The notes beneath the pieces are model-generated. The model searched no databases and had not been told where the DNA came from. It saw only the letters and a program-made list of their open reading frames with translations. Source: Mobula birostris (taxonomy: Eukaryota). From it: a DNA stretch of 64,000 nucleotides. The translations under genes and the position numbers were made by a program. This document shows, piece after piece, positions 24,604 to 37,454 of this stretch (the stretch's first letter is position 1; the number at the start of each line of letters is the position of its first letter). The stretch lies in assembly GCF_030028105.1 (NCBI RefSeq), contig NC_092381.1, positions 71,450,505-71,514,504 of the forward strand, read 5' to 3'.

Positions 24604-26206
24604 ATGTGTGTATATAAATAAATAACGGTTGGGGTACGAGGGGGAGGTGGGGCATTAGCGGAAGTTAGAGAAGTCAATGTTCATGCCATCAGGTTGGAGG
24701 CTACCCAGACGGAATATAAGGTGTTGTTCCTCCAACCTGAGTGTGGCTTCATCTTTACAGTAGAGGAGGCTGTGGATAGACATATCAGAATGGGAATGGG
24801 ATGTGGAATTAAAATGTGCGGCCACTGGGAGATCCTGCTTTCTCTGGCGGACAGAGCGTAGGTGTTCAGCAAAACGATCTCCTAGTCTGCGTCGGGTCTC
24901 ACCAATATATAGAAGGCCACATCGGGAACACCGGATGCAGTATATCACCCCAGCCGACTCACAAGTGAAGTGTCGCCTCACCTGGAAGGACTGTCTGGGG
25001 CCCTGAATGGTGGTAAGGGAGGAAGTGTAAGGGCATGTGTAGCACTTGTTCTGCTTATAAGGATAAGTGCCAGGAGGGAGATCGGTGGGGAGGGATGGGG
25101 GGGACAAATGGACAAGGGAGTCGCGTAGGGAGCGATCCCTGTGGAAAGCGGGGGTGGGGGGGAGGAAAAGATGTGCTTAGCGGTGGGATCCCATTGGAAG
25201 TGGCAGAAGTTATGGAGAATAATATGTTAGACCCGGAGGCTGGTTGGGTGGTAGGTGAGGACTAGGGGAAGCCTATTCCTAGTGGGGTGGCAGGAGGATG
25301 GAGTGAGAGCAGATGTGCGTGAAATGGGGGAGATGCGTTTGAGAGCAGAGTTGATGGTGGAGGAAGGGAAGCCCCTTTCCTTAAAAAAGGAGGACATCTC
25401 CCTTGTCCTGGAATGAAAAACCTCATCCTGAGAGCAGATGCGGCGGAGACGGAGGAATTGCGAGAAGGGGATGGCATTTTTGCAAGAGACAGGGTGAGAA
25501 GAGGAATAGTCCAGATAGCTGTGAGAGTCAGTAGGCTTATAGTAGACATCAGTAGATAAGCTGTCTCCAAAGATAGAGACAGAAAGATCTAGAAAGGGGA
25601 GGGAGGTGTCAGAAATGGACGGTGCTCCCGATGTGGCCTTCTATATATTGCCGAGACCCGACGCAGACTGGGAGATCATTTTGCTGAACACCTACACTCT
25701 GTCCGCCAGAGAAAGCAGGATCTCCAAGTGGCCACACATTTTAATTCCACATCCCATTCCCATTCTGATATGTCTATCCACGGCCTCCTCTACTGTAAAG
25801 ATGAAACCACACTCAGATTGGAGGAACAACACCTTATATTCCATTTGGGTAGCCTCCAACCTGATGGCATGAATATTGACTTCTCAAACTTCCGCTAATG
25901 CCCACCTCTCCCTCGTACCCCGTCCGTTATTTATTTATATACACACATTCTTTCTGTCTGTCTCTCTCTCTCTCTCCTTTTTCTCCCTCTGTCCCTCTGA
26001 CTATATCCCTTGCCCATCCTCTGGGTTCCCCCCCCCCCCACTTTTCCTTCTCCCTGGGCCTCCTGTCCCATGATCCTCTCGTATCCCTTTTGCCAATCAC
26101 CTGTCCAGCTCTTGGCTCCATCCCTCCCCCTCCTGTCTTCTCCTATCATTTTAGATCTCCCCCTCCCCCTCCAAATTCAAATCTCTTACTGGCTCTTCCT
26201 TCAGTT

Positions 26207-26241
26207 AGTCCTGACGAAGGGTCTCGGCCTGAAACATCGAC
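26207..26241 (+). ncRNA. Minimal hammerhead ribozyme motif (second arm)
   Basis: agtc CTGACGA agg gtctcgg cct GAAA ca TC gac. Confidence 0.6.
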
Positions 26242-27501
26242 AATACCTCTTCCTAGAGATGCTGCCTGGCCTGCTGCGTTCACCAGCAACTTTGATGTGT
26301 GTTGCTACGATATGATTGAGTTCAACAAAATTTGATAGGGAGAAAGTAAGGTCTGATAGCAGTATTTCAGTGGAGTAAAGGAAATTACGGTGGTATGAGA
26401 GAGAGGAGTTGGCCAAAGTAAATTGGAAGGAGATGCTGGCAGGGATGACGGAAGAGCAGCAATGGCCTGAGTTTCTCGGGAAAATGGAGAAGGGGCATGA
26501 TAGATGTATTCCAAAAACACAGAAATACAGGTACTCAAATGGGAAAACAGTACAACCATGGCTGACAAAGGAAGTCAAAGTTAACGTAAAAGCAAAAGAG
26601 AGGGCATACAACAAAGCAAAAATTAGTGGGAAGATAGAGGATTGGGAAGTTTTTAAAAACCTAGAGAAAGCAACTAAATGAATCATTAGAAGAGAAAAGA
26701 TGAAATATAAAAACAAGCTGGCAAACAATGTTCAGGTGGATAGAAAAAGCTTTTTCAATTGCGTAAAAATAAAAGCGAGATGAGAGTGGATACAGGACTG
26801 CTAGGAAATGAGGCCAGAGAGTGAGCTTGTTGAATGCCTAAGAGATAACTTTTCAGGGCAGTTTGTCGTTGAGCCTACTAAGAGATCAGCTGTACTGGAT
26901 TGGGTGTTGTGTAATGAACCAGAGGCAATGAGGGAGCTTAAGGTAAAAGAGCTCTTAGGAACCAATGATCATGATATGATTGAGTTCAACTTGAAATTTG
27001 ATAGGAAGAAAGTAAGGTCTGACGAAGCAGTATTTCAGTGGAATAAGGGAAATTACAGTGATATGAGAGAGGAGCTGGCTAAAGTAAATTGGAAGGAGCT
27101 ACTGGCAGGGATGTCAGCGGAGCAGCAATGGCGTGTGTTTCTGGGAAAAATGAGGAAGGTGCGGGACATGTGTATTCCAAAAAAGAAGAAATACTCAAAT
27201 GGTAAAATAGTACAACCGTGGCTGACAAGGGAAGTCAAAGCTAAGGTAAAAACAAAAGAAAGGGCATACAACAAAGCAAAAATTAGTGGGAAGATAGAGG
27301 ATTGAGAAGTTTTTAAAAACCTACAGAGAGCAACTAAAAAAATCATTAGAAGGGAAAAGATGAAATATGAAAGCAAGCTGGCAAATAATATCAAAGTGGA
27401 TAGTAAAAGTTTTTTCAAGTATGTTAAAAATAAAAGAGAAATGAGAGTGGATATAAGACCACTAGAAAATGAGGCAAGAGAAATAATAATGGGGGACAAG
27501 G

Positions 27502-28587
27502 AAAACACGAGGAATTCTGCAGATGCTGGAAATTCAAGCAACACAACTCAAAGTTGCTGGTGAACGCAGCAGGCCAGGCAGCATCTCTAGGAAGAGGTAC
27601 AGTCGACGTTTTGGGCCGAGACCCTTCGTCAGGACTAACTGAAAGAAGAGCTAGTAAGAGATTTGAAAGTGGGAGGGGGAGGGGGAGATCCAAAATGATA
27701 GAAGACAGGAGGGGAGGGGTGGATCTAAGAGCTGGAAAGTTGATTGGCAGAAAGGATACCAGATTGGAGAAGGAAGAGGATCATGGGACGGGAAGCCTGG
27801 AGAGAAAGAGAAGGGAGGAGGGGAGCCTGGAGGGTGGAGAGCAGGCAAGGAGTTATAGTGAGAGGGACAGAGGGAGAAAAAAGAGAGAGAAAAAGGGGGG
27901 GTAAAAAATATATTAAATAAATAAGGGATAGGGTGTGAAGGGGAGGAGGGGCATTAATGGAAATTAGAGAAGTCAATATTCATGCCATCAGGTTGGAGGC
28001 TACCTAGACGGAATATAAGGTGTTGTACTTCCAACCTGAGTGTGGCTTCATCTTGACAGTAGAGGAGACCGTGGATAGACATATCAGAATGGGAATGGGA
28101 TGTGGAATTAAAATGTGTGGCCACAGGGAGATCCTGCTTTCTCTGGCGGACAGAGCACAGGTGTTCAGCGAAACAGTCTCCCAGCCTGTGTCGGGTCTCG
28201 CCAATATATAGAAGGCCACATCGGGAGCACCGGACGCAGTATATCACCCCAGCCGACTCACAGGTGAAGTGTCGCCTCACCTGGAAGGACTGTCTGGGGC
28301 CCTGAATGGTGGTGAGGGAGGAAGTGTAAGGGCATGTGTAGCACTTGTTCTGCTTGCCGGGAGGGAGATCGGTGGGAAGGGATGGGGAGGGACAAATGAA
28401 CAAGGGAGTCGCGTAGGGAGCGATCCCTGCGGAAAGCAGAGAGGGTGGAGGGAGGGAAAGATGTGCTTGGTGGTGGGATCCCGTTGGAGGTGGCGGAAGT
28501 TACAGAGAATTATATGTTGGACCTGGAGGCTGGTGGGCTGGTAGGTTAGGACAAAGGGAACCCTATTCCTAGTGGGGTGGCGGGAGG
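27502..28587 (-). mobile_element. Penelope-like element, 5'-truncated (GIY-YIG plus terminal repeat)
   Basis: ORF 27954-28403 GVIYCVRCSRCGLLYIGETR, highly similar to 24196-25300. Confidence 0.92.
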
Positions 28588-28860
28588 CAGTATACGTATA
28601 TTGAGTAGATTAAAAAACATGCAAAAAACAGAAATACTGTATATTTTAAAAAGTGAAGCAGTGTCCAAGGGTTCAATGTCCATTTAGGAATCAGATGGCA
28701 GAGAAGAAGGAGCTGTTCCTGAATCGTTGAGTGTGTGCCTTCAGGCTCATGTACCTCCTATTTGATGGTAACAGCGAGAAAAGTGCATGCCCTGGGTGCT
28801 GGAGGTCATTAATAATGGACGCTGCCTTTCTGAGACACCACTCCTTGAAGATGTCCTGGA
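28588..28860 (-). mobile_element. Rex1-type LINE 3' fragment
   Basis: Close match to 3140-3416. Confidence 0.8.
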
Positions 28861-29219
28861 TAGTACAAAGTCAGCATGGTTTCCTTCAGGGAAAATGCTG
28901 CCTAACGAATCTGTTGGAATTCTTTGAGGAGATTACAAGTAGGATAGATAAATGGGATACAGTGGATGTTGTATATTTGGACTTCCAGAGACCTTTGACA
29001 AGGTGCCACACATAAGGCTGCTTACCAAGTTAAGAGCCCATGGTACTACATGAAAGTTACTGGCTGATTGGTAGGAGGCAACGGGAGGAAATAAAAGGAT
29101 CCTTTTCTGATTGGCTGCCAGTGACTAGTGGTGTTCCGCAGGGGTCGGTGTTGGGACCACTTCTTTTTATGCTGTATATAAATGATTTAGATGATGGAAT
29201 AGATGGCTTTGTTGGCTTT

Positions 29220-29425
29220 GATGGCATCGACACCAGACATCAAGGCGAGTGGTTCCGGGTTCAAATCCAGCCAGCTCCTTGCATGCTATCCATCTGTGCT
29301 GGGTTGAGCGTTGAGCTAAGTTAGCAACTCGGCCTCATTTAAAAAAAACAGACAAATGCTAAGGAAACGGCAAAGGTTACCGCCCGATGGTCCACAAGGT
29401 GCAGAGAGGATCAACAACAAACAAT
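29220..29425 (+). mobile_element. tRNA-derived SINE with a (caa)n tail
   Basis: B-box-like ggttcaaatcc. Ends aggatcaacaacaaacaa. Confidence 0.5.
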
Positions 29426-32207
29426 TGTTAAATTATGATCATTTGAATTACTAATGGTAAATCACTTTACTGGAACATTGTATTTGGTTATTATGAACAA
29501 TTAAAATAGACTGCATTCTATTTGTTGCTTCATCAAGCAGAATTACATACAGCTAAGAACTGTTTTTGTTAAGGAGGTTATTAAATACCTCTTCTTCCTT
29601 TGTTTTTTATTGAATGAATAAAATCTGAATTTCAAGCATTGGTAAAGTAATTCAGAAACTGGTGACAAAGTATGTGGTGTTTGATGCACCAACCTATTAC
29701 ACTTCAGGACATTGACTCAACAAAAGTCAGTGTTGTGGAGTAAAAAGATAAAGATTCCATCCTGCATCCCATAAATAATTGATTTAAAAAGGTAACTTGA
29801 AGAGTAGACTGTTTTCAACATAATGTATTTCCCAGCTCCACAAAGTATTGATTACCTTTCACTATATAGACCTGAATTTGATATATCCTTCAATATAAGA
29901 AGATGTTTTAGCTAATATCTGAATGTAGCTGGACCGACAGCTGATGCCCTCATCCAAAGAAAGGAAGGTTCAAAATTGATGTGGTCATTCCTGCTAGAAA
30001 ATTGTACCCATATTGGAATTGATTTGTGTTCCTGATGGCACAGATTCAAATAGATGGATACTTTGCTTTTATATCCACTATTTCACTTTTGCTATCAATT
30101 CATTAAAGGGAACCAACAAGATAACTATAGAAATAAACTAATTATGCTAGTTAAGGGAATCCATAACTAGGATACATGTGTCAAAATTTAAACCCAGTAG
30201 CTAAGATGAGAAACTTCTAAATGACATTTCCAAATTTGGAACTTTCTTCTATAAATGGCAGTTGATGCTCAGGCAGCCAGTAGTTATAAATGTCTGTTAA
30301 TCAAAGATATTATGGAAATAATGGGGGGGGGGGGGCGGAAGGAGAGTGTAGGTTTGAGGTGCCTGCTAAACGCATCCAAATATCACAGCTTTCCTTCAGA
30401 CAAGAGGAGATGTGAATCCTCGAGCGAACTGGTGTTTGTTGTCATCCTATTCATATCTACATTCTCCACAAGGGGTCACTGAAAAACAATGGTTCACACA
30501 GTATGAACAATTATTTGGACAATGCGTCTGTAAGTGTACCCCAGCAAAATTAAGCAGCTTTACAAAATGAAAGTGTAATTAGCAGAATTATTAATTCTTC
30601 TGCTTGAATTTAATGTTCAAGGCTTGCTTCTGCTAAATGGACAGATAAGCTAACAGTGATTGAAGTATAAACTATAGATATTGCATCAAATAACAATGTT
30701 TATGAAGCTCACTGGGTCAAACAGCATCTGTGCAGGAAACAAGTGCAAGTTACTGTTTTGAGTAGACCCTACATTGAGACCAAGGTGGAAGAGGAAAGAT
30801 TGCCGGTATATAGATGGTTGAGAGAGGGTGTGGGTGCAATAGAGACTGACAGCTGTGAGCTGGACCCAAATAGAGAGCGAATGATATAACATCTGCAGTC
30901 TTTTGTCTTCACACCATAGACAGTGCATTTGGTAGAAAGAAATGGGTTTAAAAATTATCAAACAGAGTTAAGCTTGTTTTGACGTGTCGGACACAGTAAT
31001 TTTATAATGATAATATTGAATACAATTAAAACACTGATGTGTTTATTCTTCTGTTCGTAATTCTAATATTAACTGCATCTTAATCTGATAAAACGTTTCT
31101 AAACAAGATTTAGTACATCTTCTGAATGAATCAGCTTCACTGAGATGAGATAGCTCAAAGGAAGCAATCTTGATCAGGCTGTCTCTGTGACACATTCTGT
31201 AGAATATGTTCCGACTAATTTATACAGAGGCAGGTAGTTTTTAACCCTCATTGACCCCCCATTCTACATTGGTGGTGGTTTGCTGTAGTCCACATCTACA
31301 TCTACAATTACAGAAAGACAGTCACACAACAGTTCATTGATACAAATGTGAACACGTAAACATCGGAAAATGAGGGGCTGGAGAAAAATATAACTTAAGG
31401 TCTCTGGATCAATACAAAGAAAATGATGGAGGAACTTAGCAAATCAGGTCGCACCTAATGATAAAAATGGGCAGTCAATGTTTTGGCCAAGACTTCACTG
31501 GGACTTATGATTTCTGACTATCCTCAGATTATTGAACCAATTCCTAAACAAAAATACAACCAAATCTTTAATAATTTTGTAAAACCTTTAAATCATCCAA
31601 CTATACACATTTCTAAAAGGAGTAGAACTAGTGTTTTAGGCATTACAGATTCACAATTAAACTATTATTTCCATGGCCCTTCTTTGATAAGTTTCAAATT
31701 TTCTATAGTGATCAAATAGAAAACCAAAATTCATTAAGATTCCAAATGAGGTCTAACCTGCATTTTGTACTAAGACAAAATGTTTGTTTTATATCTAATA
31801 ATTCTATTTGTGGAAGTTAGTAATCTATTTACCCAGACTATGACTTTGTAATATTGATCATGATACATTAAATACTTCTGAAAGGTTACAATTTTGAATC
31901 AGTAGAATTTACTGTGCAATTATGCTTGGTATTTACCTTGTCCATGTTCATTCCATTGTGATTACCTGTGTGGAAACGTAATTATACCAACATTATACCA
32001 GAGTATGAGAAATGCAAGAGAACACTTAAAAAGGGAATTAGGAGTGCTAAAAGGAGGCATGAGGTTGCTCTAGCAGACAATGTGAAGGAGAATCCCAAGG
32101 GCTTCCACGCGTATAGTAAGAACAAAAGCATAGCAAGGGGCAAAACTTGTCCTCTTGAAGATCAGAATGGTATTCTATGTGGAGCCAAAAGAGATGGGGG
32201 AGATCTT

Positions 32208-32698
32208 TCTTTCTTTTCCAATATTTTTATAATTTACATATAAGAATACAGAGTACAGGAAAAAAAATATATCAATACATTATATTAAATCACATATAAA
32301 AACTCCTTACAATATATTCATACAGGTTAATTAATTTGTAACATTGAAATATAATGATTTTATTATATAAAAAAATCTAACCCACTACCAAGACCAAAGC
32401 TGATTAGTAAAGAAAAAAAGGGAAAAAATTATTAGGCATCATCTGTGCTTTAACATCAAATCAAAAGTTTTGAAAATAATTCAGAAAAGGTCCCCACAAT
32501 GTTTGAAAGTCTTGACTAGGTTCAGAGATTGAGCATCGAATCTTCTCTAAGTTTAAACATGACATCACATCACGTAACCATTGGGGGTGAATAGGAGGGG
32601 CCGCATCTTTCCACTTAAGCAAGAGCGTCCTTCTGGCCCTGAGAGACATAAAAGCCAAAATGTGCAAGTCAGATGACCCCAAAATAATATCCTTTCTT
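32208..32698 (-). mobile_element. L1-clade LINE 3' fragment nested in CR1, with a 13-bp TSD
   Basis: ARRTLLLKWKDAAPPIHPQWLRDVMSCLNLEKIR..FQTLWGPFL is a fish-type L1 ORF2 C-terminus. TSD tgggggagatctt at 32195-32207 and 32699-32711. Confidence 0.85.
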
Positions 32699-33680
32699 TG
32701 GGGGAGATCTTAAATGGATTTTTTGCATCTGTATTAACTTGGGAGATGGACAGAGTCTGTAAATGTGAGGCAATGTAGCAGTGAGGTTATGGGCCCTACA
32801 CAGATTACAAAGGAGGAGGCGTTTGCTGTCTTGAGGTAAATTAGGGTAGATAAATCCCCAGAACCTGACAAAGTGTCCTGTCAAGCTTTGTCGGAGTCTG
32901 GTGCAGAAATTGCAGGAGCTCTGGCAGAGATATTTAAAACTTGCTTAGCTACGGGTGAGGTGCTGGAGGATTGGAGGATAGATGATGTTGTTACATTGTT
33001 TAAGAAAGGCTCTAAAAATAAACCAGGAAATTACAGTAGATGTCAGTCAACCTAACATGAATAGTGGGAAAGCTATTGGAAGGTACTCTAACAGACCGGA
33101 TATATAATAAACAGAGACTGATTAGGGATAATCAACATGGCTTTGTGCACGGCGAGTCACGTCTAAACAATTTTATAGAGTTTTACAAGGAAGTTACCAG
33201 GAAAGTTGATGAAGGCAAGGCAGTTGATGCTTACATGGACTTTAGCAAGGCCTTTGACAAGGTCCCACATGGGAGGTTGGTAAAGAAGGTTCAGTTGCTT
33301 GGCATGCAAGATGAGGTAGTAAATTGGATCAGACATTGACTTTGTGGAAGAAGCCAGAGAGTGGTAGTAGGTGGTTGCCTCTTTGATTGGAGGCCTGTGA
33401 CAAGAGGTGTGCCTCAGGGATCGGTGCTGGGTCCATTGTTTGTCATTTGTATCAACAATCTGGATGATAAGATGATAAACTGGATCAGCAGATTTGCAGA
33501 TAACACCAAGATCAGGGGTGTAGTGGACAGCAAGGAAGGCAATTAAAGCTTGCAGCTGAATCTGGACCAGCTGGAAAAATGGATTGAAAAGCAGCAGATA
33601 GGATATAATGTAGACAAGTGTAGGGTATTATGGAGTACAGTAGGACAGAGAAAGTGGCATCACGGGTAGGTAGGGTCGAA

Positions 33681-33772
33681 CAACACACATCAAAGTTGCT
33701 GGTGAACGCAGCAGGCCAGGCAGCATCTCTAGGAAGAGGTACAGTCGACGTTCCAAGCCAAGACCCTTCGTC
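33681..33772 (-). mobile_element. Short Penelope terminal-repeat insertion with a 13-bp TSD
   Basis: Matches 24232-24325. Flanked by aggtagggtcgaa at 33668-33680 and 33773-33785. Confidence 0.85.
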
Positions 33773-34711
33773 AGGTAGGGTCGAAGAAAGCTTTTCATGC
33801 ATTGGTCTTTATAAATCAATGAACTGAGTATAGGAGATGGGATGTTATGTTGAAGTTGTATAAGACATAGGTGAGACCTAATTTGGAGTATTGTGTGCAG
33901 TCTTGGTCACCTTCCCGCAGGAAAGGTGTAAGTAATATTGAAAGAGTACAGAGGAAATGTACAAGGATGTTGTCGGAACTGGAGACCCGCGTTATAGGGA
34001 AGGATTGAACAGGGTAGGACTTCACTCGCTGGAACGTAGAAGATAGAGGGGAGATTTGATAGCGGTATACAAAATTATGAGGGGCATAGATAGGGTAAAT
34101 GCAAGCAGGCTTTTTCCATTGAGGTTCAATGAGAGTTCAACCAGAGGTCATGGGTTAAGGGTGAAAGGTGAAATGTTTAACGGGAATATGGGGGCTACTT
34201 CTTGTGCAGCGAGCTGACAGCACAGGGTCAATTTCAACATTTAAGAGAAATTTGTATTGGACCATGGATGAGAGAGGTGTACGGAGGGCTATGGTTCTGG
34301 TGCAGTTCAATGGTAGTAGGTAGATTAATGATTCAGCACAGACTAGATGGACTGAAGGGCCTGTTTCTGTGCTGTAGTGTTCCATGACTCTATGAATTAA
34401 GCCTAACTGATCAGCAGATTTAAGTTCTGTTTACTGTACAATCATATGTCCCACAAAAGATGATAGCATTAACTCCAGTGAGTTAAGACCTTAAGATATT
34501 GGAGCAGAATTAGGCCATTTGGCCCATCAAGTCTTCTCCATCATTTGATCCTGGCTGATCCATTTCCCTCTCAGTCCTATTCTCCTGTCTTCTCCCCATA
34601 ACATTTCACACCCTGGCTTGTCAAGAATCTATCAACCTCCACCTTGAATGCGCTCAAAGTCCTAGCCTCCACAGCCGCCTCTGGCATTGAATTCCACAGA
34701 TTCACCACTCA

Positions 34712-35619
34712 NNNNNNNNNNNNNNNNNNNNNNNNNNNNNNNNNNNNNNNNNNNNNNNNNNNNNNNNNNNNNNNNNNNNNNNNNNNNNNNNNNNNNNNNN
34801 NNNNNNNNNNNNNNNNNNNNNNNNNNNNNNNNNNNNNNNNNNNNNNNNNNNNNNNNNNNNNNNNNNNNNNNNNNNNNNNNNNNNNNNNNNNNNNNNNNNN
34901 NNNNNNNNNNNNNNNNNNNNNNNNNNNNNNNNNNNNNNNNNNNNNNNNNNNNNNNNNNNNNNNNNNNNNNNNNNNNNNNNNNNNNNNNNNNNNNNNNNNN
35001 NNNNNNNNNNNNNNNNNNNNNNNNNNNNNNNNNNNNNNNNNNNNNNNNNNNNNNNNNNNNNNNNNNNNNNNNNNNNNNNNNNNNNNNNNNNNNNNNNNNN
35101 NNNNNNNNNNNNNNNNNNNNNNNNNNNNNNNNNNNNNNNNNNNNNNNNNNNNNNNNNNNNNNNNNNNNNNNNNNNNNNNNNNNNNNNNNNNNNNNNNNNN
35201 NNNNNNNNNNNNNNNNNNNNNNNNNNNNNNNNNNNNNNNNNNNNNNNNNNNNNNNNNNNNNNNNNNNNNNNNNNNNNNNNNNNNNNNNNNNNNNNNNNNN
35301 NNNNNNNNNNNNNNNNNNNNNNNNNNNNNNNNNNNNNNNNNNNNNNNNNNNNNNNNNNNNNNNNNNNNNNNNNNNNNNNNNNNNNNNNNNNNNNNNNNNN
35401 NNNNNNNNNNNNNNNNNNNNNNNNNNNNNNNNNNNNNNNNNNNNNNNNNNNNNNNNNNNNNNNNNNNNNNNNNNNNNNNNNNNNNNNNNNNNNNNNNNNN
35501 NNNNNNNNNNNNNNNNNNNNNNNNNNNNNNNNNNNNNNNNNNNNNNNNNNNNNNNNNNNNNNNNNNNNNNNNNNNNNNNNNNNNNNNNNNNNNNNNNNNN
35601 NNNNNNNNNNNNNNNNNNN
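34712..35619. other. Assembly gap (908 N)
   Basis: Run of N. It probably hides most of the Gypsy 5' LTR. Confidence 1.
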
Positions 35620-37454
35620 GTAAGATCTATAAAGTATAATCGCATATGGTGTACTGTCTGTTATTTGGCGTGGTGGGGTACATCACAAAGCATCCTCACA
35701 AACTTGATTACCCAGTTTGGCAGGGCTGAAGGCTGCTCCCCCTAGACGGAAGTGAGCTGAGTGAGCCTGAGACTTACCAGGGGCTACGTTTGGGGGCTTC
35801 GTCTGAGATTTGATTCCGTGGGGTGCTGTGTGATTGTCCTGTTTAAATCAGTACTGCTGTGTCTCTGTGGGATTGCGGTTAGTAATGTGTGTCTCTGGGA
35901 TTGCTGGTTATTACTGCATGCGTGTTAGGTGGGGTCTTTGTTCGAGTTCAGACTAGCGCTGACGAGTTGGTGGTGGGACTGCCAGTGTCTATTGGTGCCC
36001 CGGGTGAGGCGGGACCATGGGCTGTCCATACTGATAGGAGAGACAGGAAAGAGTGGTCCGATTCAGAGGTAGTGTCTGCGAATAAACTTTCCAGCTATGG
36101 CAGGCTCCACCTGGCTTTTGGGATAATGTCCACCCCTAAAGGGGCCGAGGCATACGAGACGTGGACGGAGCAGATCTCTCAGTTGTTAGATGAGTGGCAG
36201 TGCTCGGTTGAGGGAGAGCGACAGGGATTGGTTGAAAGTTTGAGTAGACGGGCTGTTGATGGTGTTAGAACTATCAGGTTCAATTACTCCGTAGTGACGG
36301 CTGCCAGTTATCTGAAGTGGGGGGGGGGGGAAATGCGTTTGGTTCGACTGGAAGTAAAATGCAGCGTCTGGGGGGCTTTCCATACCTGTGTCAGGAGATT
36401 GAGGAAAAGCTTTCAGTGTATCTTCTCTGGCTAGGGGGCAGCTAAATTGCTTGTAGTGCCAGGGGGATCATTTCAGGGGATCAGCCCCTCCTTCAGTTCT
36501 TCAGCTGATCAGAGAGGTGTTGGGAAACTTAGTGGAGGCCCAGTGGGGGAACGGCTTGGGGTCTTTGGGGGAGCACGTTCCCAGCAACGTACCAAGGAAC
36601 TCCCGAAAGGAACAGACCCTATTCCTGAAGGCTTAGAGGGACCACGCCCCCGTGTGTCATTACGGATAGATAGAAGCTATGCTAAAGCCATTCTCGACAC
36701 CGGGGAGCAGGTCAAGTTGTTGTACAGTTCGTTTTACAATCGGTTTCTGAAGCATTTACCCTTGACAACATTAAGGGCACTGGAGATTTGGGGTACCAGT
36801 GCCAGTGATTATCCAGAAGGCAATTATTGGTCAGTAAAACTGGTGTTCATAGGGGCATTATCTGTGCACCCGGTGTTTCGAGCCGCTTGTGAGGACGCAT
36901 GTAGCAGTCTTGGGCCGGTACCGAATTTAAACGACAGCCGATTGTGGTACGGTCAGGGGGAAGTATCTGAGGGTGAGACCCTCTTAGTAGACGCTCTGAA
37001 CTACCATGAAGGAGGGGAGTTGACTGCTGAAGACACCTCGGTGAGACAGAGGTCGCGGTGACTGGACCCTGTAGCCATGGAAGATGTAGGCAGCGTGTGT
37101 GTGGATTATAGGACTCTGAACAGGTGCACTATCATTGACTAGAATACGGCCCTGAGGGCCGAAGATGCGATGGTCTGTTTGTATGGTGCGACGTGGTTCA
37201 ATGTGCTGGATCTGAGGAGTGGATGTTGCCAGATCCCGATGAGTGAGGCCGACAAAGAGAAGACGGACGGTACAGGTTCCCTAGGATTCTTCCGGTCCGA
37301 AAAGATGTCACAAGGTATATTCAGACCCCCTGCAACCTTCCCGCAGGGCATGATGAAGATCATGGTGGATGTGGAGGTGTTTGGAGTTCTGGCGTATGTG
37401 GATGATTGCCTAGGATTTGGATTCGCCTTGGGGGATGATAATGTGCGGCGAGTT

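Larger units (their letters stand above)
24191..26306 (-). mobile_element. Penelope-like element with an inverted terminal duplication and GIY-YIG endonuclease
   Basis: ORF 24655-25107 GVIYCIRCSRCGLLYIGETRRRLGDRFAEH. 25621-26306 is an inverted copy of ~24230-24935. TSD ac(a/g)atatgattga at 24178-24190 and 26307-26319. Confidence 0.93.
22070..29215 (+). mobile_element. Degraded CR1 including the 5'UTR, ORF1 and ORF2, heavily nested
   Basis: ORF1 zinc finger CCSCQM..YICVKC..LLEDRVRDLEQQL, SGNH esterase VHIGTNDIG, APE endonuclease DVVAITESWL / LDWVLCNE, and RT pieces at 28862-29215. Confidence 0.85.
32000..34395 (+). mobile_element. Degraded CR1 ORF2 and 3'UTR
   Basis: YMDFSKAFDKVPHGRLV, GVPQGSVLGP, RFADNTKI, and tail ccatgactctatga. 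Confidence 0.88.

Noticed and set aside
34644-35745. Three ORFs of more than 320 aa
   Set aside because: Artefacts of translating through the N gap.
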